Positions 32,221-41,774 of a stretch of DNA of 64,000 bases are shown here, piece by piece. Made by a program: the position numbers and the translations under genes. Source of the stretch: a virus; the IMG/VR virus record IMGVR_UViG_3300009164_000039; one strand, written 5' to 3'. The notes under the pieces are model-generated. The model had not been told where the DNA came from. It was given only the letters and a program-made list of their open reading frames with translations, and searched no databases. The first letter of the stretch is position 1, and each line of letters begins with the position of its first letter.

Positions 32221-32815
32221 TCTGTGCATACAGTTGCTCAATGCTTCCATTGTTGTCAACAATCACATCAAAGTCTGTGCCCACCCATGACGTTTCACTT
32301 GCATGGATAGCATTGTCAGTCAGCCATTGCTGTGCTTTTGTATCACCTCGGTTGGCCTTGCAAGCAATGTCATACCAGTGCGGTATAACACCACGCTGTA
32401 CCCACACAATACGCCCGCCTTGTTCTTTGATTGCTTTGATTTCGTTTGGAAAACGTACATCGCTGATCACAGTGTGATCACTGCGGCGTGCCAGTCGCGA
32501 TTGCAATGCCGCAATCCAAATGTCATCATGGAAGTGAGTGCGGCATACTTCGGTGCCCCACCACTGTAGAATCCATCGTGGGGTCAAGTGTGGCATTTGC
32601 AGTCGTTCAGCCCACCAAGGATCAACTTGCTCGCGCCAGGCACGAGCTTCAGGTGTGCGTCCTTCAATTAGTTCTCGGTCCCAACCAAACACTGCGCTTA
32701 CAGCGTCTTTAAGAGTGCCAGCAAAGCTGTCTCGTCTAAAGCCATGGAACCCTACTAGATAATCAGCGGCTGTATCCTTGCCGCTGCCAATAAAACCACA
32801 AATACCTATTATCAT
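32177..32815 (-). CDS. gp1: Deoxynucleoside monophosphate kinase (T4 gp1-like)
   Basis: GFIGSGKDT P-loop, SFAGTLKD, TPR..LQ..GTE, VISDVRFPNE, HASE. Confidence 0.92.
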   Translation of the reverse strand: MIIGICGFIGSGKDTAADYLVGFHGFRRDSFAGTLKDAVSAVFGWDRELIEGRTPEARAWREQVDPWWAERLQMPHLTPRWILQWWGTEVCRTHFHDDIWIAALQSRLARRSDHTVISDVRFPNEIKAIKEQGGRIVWVQRGVIPHWYDIACKANRGDTKAQQWLTDNAIHASETSWVGTDFDVIVDNNGSIEQLYAQIKDLARAPQASTTA

Positions 32816-32862
32816 ACATACCCCCGGTGTTAGAAGTATTATATTTTATAATTTGGCAAATG

Positions 32863-33240
32863 TCAAACACCGTATTTGTTCTTTTTCTTTGGAGCAACAG
32901 GACTTGCTTTGTGAGTGTCGTCTAGCTCTTTGCTGGTTAGATCACCGTGATTCAAATCTTCATAGCTGGCACCTACTGCGGCGTAGCTTTGTTTTAGCAT
33001 GTTGGCTTCTTCCTGTGTGTAAGGATGTGCTGTGTGCTTTTTACCGTAGAACGTTTTTGGATCAATGTCCAGCTTGTTTTTGCCATCGCTCATAGCCAGT
33101 GCAAGCCCAAGGCGATAGTGTGCATAGTCTGAGTTCATTTTTTCTGCATCGCCAAACGTATGCAGGCCTGCGTTTGACTGCTTGAAGTTATCTGGTACTT
33201 TGCCTGCACGAGCTTCAGCTACAATTTCAGTAATTTTCAT
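32863..33240 (-). CDS. Hypothetical protein (125 aa), candidate internal head protein
   Basis: N-terminus MKITEIVAE. Confidence 0.7.
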   Translation of the reverse strand: MKITEIVAEARAGKVPDNFKQSNAGLHTFGDAEKMNSDYAHYRLGLALAMSDGKNKLDIDPKTFYGKKHTAHPYTQEEANMLKQSYAAVGASYEDLNHGDLTSKELDDTHKASPVAPKKKNKYGV

Positions 33241-33241
33241 A

Positions 33242-33880
33242 TCAGCAGTTCCAACGTCTACGTGCTTTGCAGATGGCCTTGTCCGGAGTCTTTGCGCATG
33301 AAATGCTGTGCATTTTCATTTGTCCACGACTGCGTGAGCAGTAGCTTGATCTACGCTTGCTGGCCTTACTGCCTTTCTTTAACTTACTAGGCTTAGTGGT
33401 CACAGCAGTTTGCAATTTGCTGCCAGGGTGTTCTCTGCGATAAGTTTTAACTGCTTTGCGGCTCATGCCGTCTGTCTTGTCACGATTGTTGGCTTTCTGC
33501 CAGGCTTCGCTCTCCATAATAGGATCTGACGTCACTGCAAACACATACAGTTCATCGTCTGTTAGACTTTCTAAATCTTCCCAAATTGCGTCAGCGTCAA
33601 CTCCATTGCGTTCAGCAATAGTTTCAACGATTGATTCAATTAAATCAAATTCTTCTGACAGGTCTTCTGTCTTGGGTTTTTTGCCTGCCTTCTTCATGTT
33701 GACTGCAATAGCAGCCTGTTGAGCGGCATTGGCCGCTTCTTCAACTGCCTCGGCAGGCACACAGTTATTCACACGTACTCCGCCCTTGACCTTGGTCTTG
33801 GGGTTACCAATCTTTTTACCTGTCCAGCACTTGGGATCCAAGCGGACTTTTTCTTCTACAATAATTTCAGTTATTTTCAT
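33242..33880 (-). CDS. Hypothetical protein (212 aa) with Cys-containing basic mini-domains
   Basis: N-terminus MKITEIIVEE; CWTG...NNCVP and YCSRS...RRRWNC segments. Confidence 0.72.
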   Translation of the reverse strand: MKITEIIVEEKVRLDPKCWTGKKIGNPKTKVKGGVRVNNCVPAEAVEEAANAAQQAAIAVNMKKAGKKPKTEDLSEEFDLIESIVETIAERNGVDADAIWEDLESLTDDELYVFAVTSDPIMESEAWQKANNRDKTDGMSRKAVKTYRREHPGSKLQTAVTTKPSKLKKGSKASKRRSSYCSRSRGQMKMHSISCAKTPDKAICKARRRWNC

Positions 33881-33883
33881 AGT

Positions 33884-35017
33884 TTATCCTATCACCCAGG
33901 TATACGGTTGTGATCCATCAACAAACCGTTTGAGCTCTTCTTCGAGAGCATCCATTTCAACTTTGGCTTCAGCTTTAAGTGCTGCCCCATTCAGTTGTGT
34001 TCCACCTTGTGGGCCTGCAATTGATGCAAACTTCTCACGTGCCTGTCCCAGCATTTCTTTACACATTGCAAGACTGTAATCTTGCAACCAAGGAAATATA
34101 GTATCGCTGTTGAACAACATGCTGTCTGGCTTTTTGTTATAGATCCATAGCAACACTGTTTCAGATGGCGTGTCAGTGACAGGACTGAATGCTTCAGTGC
34201 TTCTACGATCATATCCGTCAACCACTGTTGCAGCCAACACATTGGTGGCTATGACTGTGACTGTTTTGTAATCGCCACTCACAGTGTCCACAGTGTAGCT
34301 ACCGTTGTAACCTACCACGCGGCAGTTTCTAATTACAATATTGTTGCCTACTGCAAGGCCAGTCCATGCTTGATCAACACCAATGGTGATTGTACTGCCT
34401 ATTGCTGTGCCACTCGCACTCAATTGGGACAGCACACGATAAGTGTGTCCAGCATCAGGAATCTTGCGAATAATTGTTAGTTTTTTGCTTACTGGATTCC
34501 ATGTGTAGTTCATGTAACCGCCAAACATACGCATGGCCAGTTCTTGGTACTGGCTAAACAATTCATAGTTGACTAGTCCACCAACACGACCTGCCACCAG
34601 CATGTATGTGTTTAGGTAACCACTTGCAAATGGTTCAAATTGGCTGGCACTGGTACCAGTAACTGATCCAATGCCTCTGCGAAATATTTGACGCACATTG
34701 TTGATTTCTGCTGGTAAAATGTATTCTTGTGTTTCGGGTAGCAGTTCAAGAAACGCATAGCTTTCTTCTTCTGCATTCTGCGCACGTTGACGGTAACGAG
34801 TAAGTGCTTGATTGATTGCAATCCTGTAGTGGTCAGGATCCAATTCCACATCAACCATGCCATCACCCAGGCGGAAGCGCACATAGTCTTCGATCTCTTT
34901 ACGTTTTTGTGCATTGGGCGATACCGCAGTTTCGTCATAGGCAATCACACCCGGACTGCCCAGATTGTCTGTTACCAATGCTTGCCTTGAATTGAGTCCG
35001 CTCTTTAACGTAGCCAT
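33884..35017 (-). CDS. gp13: Neck protein (gp13-like)
   Basis: RLGDGMVDVELD, WLQDYSLA..KE.LGQAREKF, PQGGTQLNG; start moved downstream of the TAAATA promoter. Confidence 0.82.
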   Translation of the reverse strand: MATLKSGLNSRQALVTDNLGSPGVIAYDETAVSPNAQKRKEIEDYVRFRLGDGMVDVELDPDHYRIAINQALTRYRQRAQNAEEESYAFLELLPETQEYILPAEINNVRQIFRRGIGSVTGTSASQFEPFASGYLNTYMLVAGRVGGLVNYELFSQYQELAMRMFGGYMNYTWNPVSKKLTIIRKIPDAGHTYRVLSQLSASGTAIGSTITIGVDQAWTGLAVGNNIVIRNCRVVGYNGSYTVDTVSGDYKTVTVIATNVLAATVVDGYDRRSTEAFSPVTDTPSETVLLWIYNKKPDSMLFNSDTIFPWLQDYSLAMCKEMLGQAREKFASIAGPQGGTQLNGAALKAEAKVEMDALEEELKRFVDGSQPYTWVIG

Positions 35018-35071
35018 AAAAAATCCCTGTATGCAGTATTTATACACACAGGGATTTGAGCTAGGGTTAGA

Positions 35072-36295
35072 TTATTGTACTTTGAGTAGCACCACATCAG
35101 CATTGATGCGTCCGTTTAGCAAGGTTTCTGTTGCCTTGATACTGTCCAGGTACTTGCGCAACTGCACTTTGCCTGCTTTCATAAACTCTGCCAGCTGTTG
35201 TTCGGGCTTGCGCAAGGTCTTGCTTGCACTCTTGGCAGTGTAGTTGTCAATGCTAGTGCCTTTGATAGCTAGACCCGAACTCGACATGGCCATGTACTGG
35301 CCCAGCTTGCGTGTTTTTGTGTTGTACACCCACAGCTCTTGCGCACCAATGATGTCCACTGGGTTGACACTGACCAGCTTGAGCACTGCATCTTGCTTGG
35401 CATACTTGAGCTTGGCAACCAGTTTTTCTTTGCTAGGGCTCTTTTTAACTCTAGCTTTCTTGGTGGCTTTCTTCACACCGCGGTACTGGTCAACTGCTTT
35501 TTGCAGTTCATCAAACCAGGCATAGATGCGTTTGTAGTCTGCGGTTTTGAAGTGCTTGTAGCCTTCAATCAACTGCTCGTCCGACTTGGCTTGCGCAGAT
35601 TCCATTTCTGCACGTGTTTTTACAAAAGCCATTTCAATCTTGCCTAGCTGTCCTTGTGGCACGTTTTGTGCAACCAGGAAGTCATAGGGTTTGAAGCTGG
35701 TGCCAGCATTGGTAACCACATCATCAAAGTAGCCTTCAAGCTCACCGATAGTGGCACTGGTTTTTTCATTCAGTCGATCTTGTATTGTAGGCTGTCTCAC
35801 AATGGGCTTGTCTTCTGCCGCAACAGGCTGATCGTCTTCTTCGTTGTATTCTGTGTATTTTTCAACCACATCACGCACGGCTGTTTCCAAGTACTGCAAT
35901 GCACGTGGCTTGAGCGGCATGCCTTGTTTGTGTGCGGCAATGATACTGCATGCAGTGATTGGCACCCAGCGGCTTTTGATTACTTTGCTCAAGTCAGTTT
36001 TGCTGACTACAAAGTGTTTCTGTTCCTGGAGCCATGTTATAAACTCTGGCTTCAAATCTTTAACACTGAAGTGATAGTTGTAGTAATAAAAACTACGGCG
36101 CAGGTGATGATCAAAATCTGCATCACTAAAGGCCAGAGCACGTTCTGTATCCCAAACGGGTTCCCCGCCTGTGTACTTTTCATCAGCCAGATGAGCACGG
36201 CGTACACTTACTTTTTTCTTGGCAATTTTGACGCCAGCAACTGTTTTGCCTGTGTTGCCTTTTTTAGGCGGTGCTTTTTTCACTGCTGTGACCAT
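35072..36295 (-). CDS. Hypothetical protein (407 aa) under a sigma70 promoter
   Basis: Long Lys-rich ORF; no recognised family. Confidence 0.8.
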   Translation of the reverse strand: MVTAVKKAPPKKGNTGKTVAGVKIAKKKVSVRRAHLADEKYTGGEPVWDTERALAFSDADFDHHLRRSFYYYNYHFSVKDLKPEFITWLQEQKHFVVSKTDLSKVIKSRWVPITACSIIAAHKQGMPLKPRALQYLETAVRDVVEKYTEYNEEDDQPVAAEDKPIVRQPTIQDRLNEKTSATIGELEGYFDDVVTNAGTSFKPYDFLVAQNVPQGQLGKIEMAFVKTRAEMESAQAKSDEQLIEGYKHFKTADYKRIYAWFDELQKAVDQYRGVKKATKKARVKKSPSKEKLVAKLKYAKQDAVLKLVSVNPVDIIGAQELWVYNTKTRKLGQYMAMSSSGLAIKGTSIDNYTAKSASKTLRKPEQQLAEFMKAGKVQLRKYLDSIKATETLLNGRINADVVLLKVQ

Positions 36296-36327
36296 GCATC
36301 TGCTCCTATTAGTTGATTACAAATGTA

Positions 36328-36356
36328 ATTATACGATAAAACGGATAATAGGTCAA
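36328..36356 (-). promoter_or_regulatory. Sigma70-type promoter
   Basis: TTGACC-17 bp-TATAAT. Confidence 0.8.
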
Positions 36357-36622
36357 CCGTGTTGTAAATGGGCTAGCATTAGCCATTTTTCAAACTCGTT
36401 AATACTTTCGTTTATCCGAGTCAGTAGCGTTATCTGGCGTGGGGATCGTTCTCGTTTGTTCCTGCGCATTTCCACTTCCTCACCGCCCAGTTGTTGCACA
36501 AGCCCTTCTACATTGCCTATCATTCGGGCTAGATCCTTGCGACAGTTCTGTGGTGCATTTTGCATTTCTGCTCGCATTTTTGAGCTGACCTCTGTCCAAT
36601 CCAGTGAAGTTTTTATCTGCAT
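36353..36622 (-). CDS. Hypothetical protein (89 aa, MQIKTSLDW...)
   Basis: 3' part of ORF 36353..36880; the upstream extension overlaps the opposite-strand neck gene; start lies 7 nt below a -10 box. Confidence 0.7.
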   Translation of the reverse strand: MQIKTSLDWTEVSSKMRAEMQNAPQNCRKDLARMIGNVEGLVQQLGGEEVEMRRNKRERSPRQITLLTRINESINEFEKWLMLAHLQHG

Positions 36623-36628
36623 GGGTGC

Positions 36629-36657
36629 AGTATAGCACAAATTAATCCCAAAGTCAA
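36629..36657 (-). promoter_or_regulatory. Sigma70-type promoter (extended -10)
   Basis: TTGACT-17 bp-TATACT with TG at the extended position. Confidence 0.78.
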
Positions 36658-36688
36658 TCCAGCTAAATATCACAATAAGGATCAAATA

Positions 36689-37858
36689 ATGCCTCGTCTT
36701 AGTCTCTGGCGCGAAAAAAAGGGTAACGATTACAAGTTCCTGGACCGCCGAATATCCGAAATGTACACTGTGGGTGGCACTGGTGTGCTTGTACACAAGT
36801 ATCTTGGTATTCAGGATCAAGGCGTCACCGGTGATGCTACCAAACCCAGCTACAACAATACCAGTGAACTCAATATACAAGATTTGTTGTTTTTAGAAAA
36901 CCGTGACCGCAAGTACGACACATCTGTGTACAGCATGCGCGGCATCTATCAAATTGCTGATCAGGACTTTGACCTAAGCCAATTTGGTATATTCTTGGCA
37001 CAAGGCACTATCTTCATGACGTTCCATTTGAATGACATGCTGGAAACCATTGGGCGCAAGCTCATGGCAGGTGATGTGTTGGAGTTGCAACATTTAACAG
37101 ATCTACATTCATTGGACGGCACTCTTCCTGCGGCGCTCAAAAGATTTTATGTAGTAACTGATGCCGCCCGTGCCGCCGAAGGTTTCAGTCCCACATGGTA
37201 TCCACATGTCTGGCGTTTGAAAATGCAACCGCTTGTGGACAGCCAAGAGTACAAGGATATCCTTAACAACATTTCAGCCAGTAGCGATCCGTTTGGTGCC
37301 AATGCCTCTGTTAACCCTCTAGCTGATATTATGAGCACCTACAACAAGTACATCGACATCAATGACGCAGTAATCCAGCAAGCAATAGTCGACGTTCCAA
37401 AAGCTGGATACAGTACCACACCGTTCTATACCGCACCTACCAATAGTCTCAAGGGACTCGGCGATCCGTCCGGAGTCTCTGCCAGTGGCAACAATGCAGT
37501 CAGCGGCACTGGTGTGCAAGCAAGTAGCAACAGAGATGTATCTCCGACCAAGATAACTGGCTATCTAACTGGTGACGGTACTGCTCCAAATGGGCTACCA
37601 GTTGGCACAGGTATTGCATTTCCAACTCATCCCACACGAGACGACTTTTTCTTGCGCCTGGATTATGTGCCCAACAGACTGTTTAGATATGATGGCAAAC
37701 GCTGGGTCAAGGTCGAAGATGCTGTGCGCACCACAAGCGATAACAACCTACACGGCGGATTTGTCAACAACACAAACACATGGAAGGGCGCAACACATGA
37801 TGTGATTGAGGAACGTCAGAGTCTCAGTAAAGCATTCAAGCCCCAGGCAGATAACTAA
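36689..37858 (+). CDS. gp14: Neck/head-tail connector protein (gp14-like)
   Basis: CTAAATA late promoter (36663-36669) and AAGGA SD; LFLENRDRKYD, GD.LEL motifs; directly precedes the gp15 homolog. Confidence 0.6.
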   Translation: MPRLSLWREKKGNDYKFLDRRISEMYTVGGTGVLVHKYLGIQDQGVTGDATKPSYNNTSELNIQDLLFLENRDRKYDTSVYSMRGIYQIADQDFDLSQFGIFLAQGTIFMTFHLNDMLETIGRKLMAGDVLELQHLTDLHSLDGTLPAALKRFYVVTDAARAAEGFSPTWYPHVWRLKMQPLVDSQEYKDILNNISASSDPFGANASVNPLADIMSTYNKYIDINDAVIQQAIVDVPKAGYSTTPFYTAPTNSLKGLGDPSGVSASGNNAVSGTGVQASSNRDVSPTKITGYLTGDGTAPNGLPVGTGIAFPTHPTRDDFFLRLDYVPNRLFRYDGKRWVKVEDAVRTTSDNNLHGGFVNNTNTWKGATHDVIEERQSLSKAFKPQADN

Positions 37859-39261
37859 TGGCACAACAATTTTTTTACGACAATCAAATACGCAGGTTCC
37901 TCATACAGTTTATTCGTGTGATGAGTAACTTCCAAGTTGAGTTTGGAAAACAACGTGACGGCAACACCACACTGCAACGTGTGCCAGTATTCTACGGCGA
38001 TGCCAGTAGACAAGCCAGTCAGATTCTCAAAGGCAACAGCGAAAACACCATGCAGGCTGTACCTGCAATGGCTGCGTATATCAGCAGTTTAACCTATGAT
38101 CAGTCTAGGATGCAAGAACCAAATCATGTGAGCAAGCTTCATTTTCGTGAACGCAAATACGACAGCGCAACAGGCACGTATACCAATGAACAAGGCGATG
38201 CATACACAGTAGAACGCCTGATGCCGGTACCATACAAATTAGGCATCAAATTGGACATTTGGACGTCTAATACTGAACAAAAACTGCAACTAATTGAACA
38301 GATTGCCACCTTGTTTAACCCTAGCTTAGAGATACAGAGCACAGACAACTACATTGACTGGACCAGCTTGAGTGTGATTAATCTAGGCGACATTGTGTGG
38401 AGTAGTAGAAGTGTGCCAATTGGCACCGAAGATCCCATTGACATTGCCAGCATGAGCTTCGACATCCCAATTTGGATCAGTACTCCGATCAAGGTTAAAA
38501 AGCTGGGTGTGATACAAAAAATGATTGCCAACATGTATGATGCTGAAGGTAATGTAAGTACTGATGTTTTTGACTCGGGCAAGTTACTCATGCGTAAAGT
38601 ATTGACTCCAATGGACTACGGAGTTGTGTGGCAAGGTAATTCATTGAGTTTGGTCAAGTACAGCGAACACTACACAGGCGACGATGTACGCATTAGTTTA
38701 ACTATCAACAAACAAAGCATTGACAACTGGCGCAATCTAATAAACTTGTACGGATCAGTTGACGCACTGCAATTAACCAATGGTACTAGCGAAATACGTT
38801 TTCAGCAAGATGATGGCAGCGAGGTAATTGGTACGGTTGCGTATCATCCAACCGACGATACCAAGTTGTTGTACACTCCGTTTGGCGATACCTTGCCCAG
38901 CAACACTGTTGGACCAATCAATGCAATCATCGATCCATTCAAAGTTGATGTGAATGCAAGTATACTAGATCCGGCGCCCGGCACACGTTATTTGATACTC
39001 AATGACATTGGAAGTTTTGACAATGATGACCCTGCGCCGGCCTGGGCAGGTGAAGTAGGCAACAACCTAGTGGCACATACCAACGATATTATTGAATACA
39101 ACGGCACACGTTGGTCAGTTAGTTTTGACAGCCGTGGCACCAATGTGCTACAATACGTAACTAACCTAGCAACAGGTATTCAATACAAGTGGCTGGACCA
39201 AAATTGGATCAAGAGTGTAGAAGGTGTTTATCGAGCAGGATCATGGAGCCTAGTATTGTAG
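37858..39261 (+). CDS. gp15: Tail sheath stabiliser/tail terminator (gp15-like)
   Basis: FFYDNQIRRF, RVPVFYG, PVPYKL.IKLDIW....EQKLQLIEQIATLFNP. Confidence 0.85.
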   Translation: MAQQFFYDNQIRRFLIQFIRVMSNFQVEFGKQRDGNTTLQRVPVFYGDASRQASQILKGNSENTMQAVPAMAAYISSLTYDQSRMQEPNHVSKLHFRERKYDSATGTYTNEQGDAYTVERLMPVPYKLGIKLDIWTSNTEQKLQLIEQIATLFNPSLEIQSTDNYIDWTSLSVINLGDIVWSSRSVPIGTEDPIDIASMSFDIPIWISTPIKVKKLGVIQKMIANMYDAEGNVSTDVFDSGKLLMRKVLTPMDYGVVWQGNSLSLVKYSEHYTGDDVRISLTINKQSIDNWRNLINLYGSVDALQLTNGTSEIRFQQDDGSEVIGTVAYHPTDDTKLLYTPFGDTLPSNTVGPINAIIDPFKVDVNASILDPAPGTRYLILNDIGSFDNDDPAPAWAGEVGNNLVAHTNDIIEYNGTRWSVSFDSRGTNVLQYVTNLATGIQYKWLDQNWIKSVEGVYRAGSWSLVL

Positions 39262-39668
39262 AAAGTTGTGGAGCACTTGTTTATGCCCGTTCCACACAAA
39301 GATATCTTTTCCTATTAAGGAATCACAGTCGCCACGCCAGCAGTTGGGGGTTTGTTGGTGGCAAGCTCGAGCTGGGTGAGCGTGTGATTGATGCACTATA
39401 CCGAGAAGCAGATGAAGAAATTGGCAAGGACCTACGTGACTTTAAGATTGTGCCAATTGAAAAGTTTACCAGCGCAAATGAAAACTTCTGCTATCATACA
39501 TTTTTAGTGCAGGTAGATCAAGAGTTTGTTCCTGTACTTAACCACGAGCATCGTGGTTACTGCTGGGTGCGACTAGAAGATTATCCTAAACCCTTGCACC
39601 CAGGTGTATGGCGTACATTCAAATTTGACAGCATTGTGACCAAGATACGCACAATGGAACAGGTTTAA
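39243..39668 (+). CDS. NUDIX hydrolase
   Basis: Nudix box GGKLELGERVIDALYREADEEIG. Confidence 0.9.
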   Translation: MEPSIVESCGALVYARSTQRYLFLLRNHSRHASSWGFVGGKLELGERVIDALYREADEEIGKDLRDFKIVPIEKFTSANENFCYHTFLVQVDQEFVPVLNHEHRGYCWVRLEDYPKPLHPGVWRTFKFDSIVTKIRTMEQV

Positions 39669-40406
39669 TTACAAATCTACAGCAAGTGCAAACTGCCTGT
39701 AGTCAATTTGCTGGAAGTTTAACAAGCCAGCCCAGGCATCAGGAACCTTGTAATACTTGCCCGGCATCACACGATAGAACTCCACATCACTGTACATGGT
39801 CATGATTGACGCCATGCTTTTGACCCAGTAGTCATCTGTGACATTGTAGTTGGCATCATCGTACCCATTGGTCCCAGCATAGCAGTTGTTGTTGAGATTC
39901 TCGCCGATGTTGTTGTCGAATCCAATCAAGAAAATCTTTTTGTGTCCATCAAAGCAGGCCAAGTAGGTAGCAATGGTTCCGGCGTTCCAACTTGGATCCT
40001 GCGGAATTAGATAAAATTTGCCTGAATAGGCCTGGATGTGCGGACTGTTGGCGTACACAATATGCTCATCGCTATAACCACTTTCAGCAATTTCTTGTAC
40101 AATTTCTTTACCAGTGGCAACTAAAAAATTAGGAGCAAAGTCTCTGTAGAGTGCATTACACCCGTAACTTTGTAACGCATCCCGCCCAAGCAATCCACCA
40201 CGGTGATTGCCAACCAAATGCAGTTCAAATTTGGCGCGAGTGTCTCCGTTGCCGATTACACATGCCTGGCTGCTGATTCTATTGTTAACCACACTGTTGG
40301 GCACAAACTCACGTTCGTATTTCCATTGCCCACCTTCAAAGGTCATAGACGAAGTAATTTCTTCGCCTGTGTATGTAGCTCTATAAAGTTTTTGTATCTT
40401 TTGCAT
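39669..40406 (-). CDS. Hypothetical glycosyltransferase/MptE-like protein
   Basis: ACVIGNG..R, YGCNALYRDF.P..LVA, IFLIGFD motifs typical of nucleotide-sugar-binding folds. Confidence 0.5.
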   Translation of the reverse strand: MQKIQKLYRATYTGEEITSSMTFEGGQWKYEREFVPNSVVNNRISSQACVIGNGDTRAKFELHLVGNHRGGLLGRDALQSYGCNALYRDFAPNFLVATGKEIVQEIAESGYSDEHIVYANSPHIQAYSGKFYLIPQDPSWNAGTIATYLACFDGHKKIFLIGFDNNIGENLNNNCYAGTNGYDDANYNVTDDYWVKSMASIMTMYSDVEFYRVMPGKYYKVPDAWAGLLNFQQIDYRQFALAVDL

Positions 40407-40415
40407 GATCAGTTA

Positions 40416-41084
40416 TTAGATTGGAATTTCTTCCCAGGTAATGCTCATGACACATAGATAGGTTGTACCAACACCAGAGTAGCAAGGTACCCAACCGTAA
40501 CCTGGAGGAATAACAACATCGCCGCCTAGGTCTTCAAAGTACGGAGTAACTGAACCACTTGCTGATGAAAATGCACCAGAGAAGCTAATATGACTGGTAC
40601 GGAAGATAACCGGTACACTAGAGCCGGTTAGTGTTGCGCCGGCTGCAGAAGCTACATAACGTGCAACAGGTGCTTTACCACCAATTAAGTTATTGTATGC
40701 AGTACCAACAGATGCTGTGAGTGTTGGTAAACCTAATGCCATTACTGTGTGAAACACTGGGCCTGCTGTTGGAGTTCCTGATATAGGAGTGGTGGCAAAC
40801 TTGTTCAGGCAAAGGTTAAAGCCAGAGCCAACTGGATTCCACAGTGCTAGATGTGTTGCACCGGCTGACGCAGGGCCTGTGGTGCTGTTTGCCAGTGCAT
40901 TACCTGCACCTAGTGTGGCAGCAGAAGTGGTCACGCTTAGACTAAAAATACTTCCGCGACTGGTTTGTTCATGATATTGTGCATGCGCCTGTGTGGCAAT
41001 TAGCTCACCGGTGCGACCTTGGCGTAGGTTGGTTTGTGTGCCATCTCCAGCTGTGGTTTGTCCTACTTGTCCTTGTATTAACAT
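40416..41084 (-). CDS. Virion/fibre-associated protein, paralog A
   Basis: Shares MLIQGQVGQTT..DGTQTNLRQGRTGE and IPPGYGWVP...TWEEIPI with paralog B. Confidence 0.75.
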   Translation of the reverse strand: MLIQGQVGQTTAGDGTQTNLRQGRTGELIATQAHAQYHEQTSRGSIFSLSVTTSAATLGAGNALANSTTGPASAGATHLALWNPVGSGFNLCLNKFATTPISGTPTAGPVFHTVMALGLPTLTASVGTAYNNLIGGKAPVARYVASAAGATLTGSSVPVIFRTSHISFSGAFSSASGSVTPYFEDLGGDVVIPPGYGWVPCYSGVGTTYLCVMSITWEEIPI

Positions 41085-41105
41085 TGTTGTTTCTCCGGTG
41101 TTAGA

Positions 41106-41765
41106 TTAGATTGGGATTTCTTCCCAGGTCACGCTGTAGCTGTTTAGTACAGAAGTGCCTGCGGCTGAAAACTGTGGAACCCAACCGTAACCTGGAGGAA
41201 TAATCAAGTCGCCATCTGGAAGATCTGCAAGAGTGTTTGCGCCGGCTGGTGCGGCAAATGCGGCTGCACTAAATGTAAGGTTCATTGTACGCAACACCAC
41301 TGGAGCACTTGCACCAGTTAGCGCAGTACCAGCTGCCACAGCAACATAACGTGCTACAGGTGATTTACCACCAACTAGGTTGTTGTATGCAACACCGTTG
41401 GTGCTGACAGTGTTGATAGTTGGATTTGATGTTTGAATAACAGCATGGTACAGCGGGCCTGTTGCCAGTGTGCCAGAAATCAACCCAACCATTACTTTGG
41501 TAATGCTCAAGTTAAAACCAGATCCAATTGGATTCCAGATTGCAAAGTTTGTTGAAGCAGCGGCAGCAGCGTTCAGCAGGTTACCGGCAGCAATACCAGT
41601 GGTGGTTGCTGACAATGTTAGTGTAAACAACTGGCCGCGGCTGGTTTGTTCGTAATAGCGTCCGTGCGCTTGGCTCAGGATGATTTCTCCTGTACGCCCT
41701 TGACGCAGGTTTGTTTGTGTACCGTCTAGTCCGGTTGTTTGTCCTACTTGTCCTTGTATTAACAT
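41106..41765 (-). CDS. Virion/fibre-associated protein, paralog B
   Basis: Tandem duplicate of 40416..41084. Confidence 0.75.
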   Translation of the reverse strand: MLIQGQVGQTTGLDGTQTNLRQGRTGEIILSQAHGRYYEQTSRGQLFTLTLSATTTGIAAGNLLNAAAAASTNFAIWNPIGSGFNLSITKVMVGLISGTLATGPLYHAVIQTSNPTINTVSTNGVAYNNLVGGKSPVARYVAVAAGTALTGASAPVVLRTMNLTFSAAAFAAPAGANTLADLPDGDLIIPPGYGWVPQFSAAGTSVLNSYSVTWEEIPI

Positions 41766-41774
41766 GGTTCTTCC

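Noticed and set aside
32830-32872. Sigma70 promoter for the dNMP kinase
   Set aside because: TTGACA is present, but no convincing -10 hexamer lies at 16-18 bp spacing.
36623-36880. N-terminal extension of ORF 36353..36880
   Set aside because: It overlaps the opposite-strand neck gene and spans a strong promoter; the real start is likely 36622.
40416-41765. Diversity-generating retroelement template/variable repeat pair
   Set aside because: Both copies are full-length intact ORFs, their differences are not adenine-specific, and there is no reverse transcriptase in the window.
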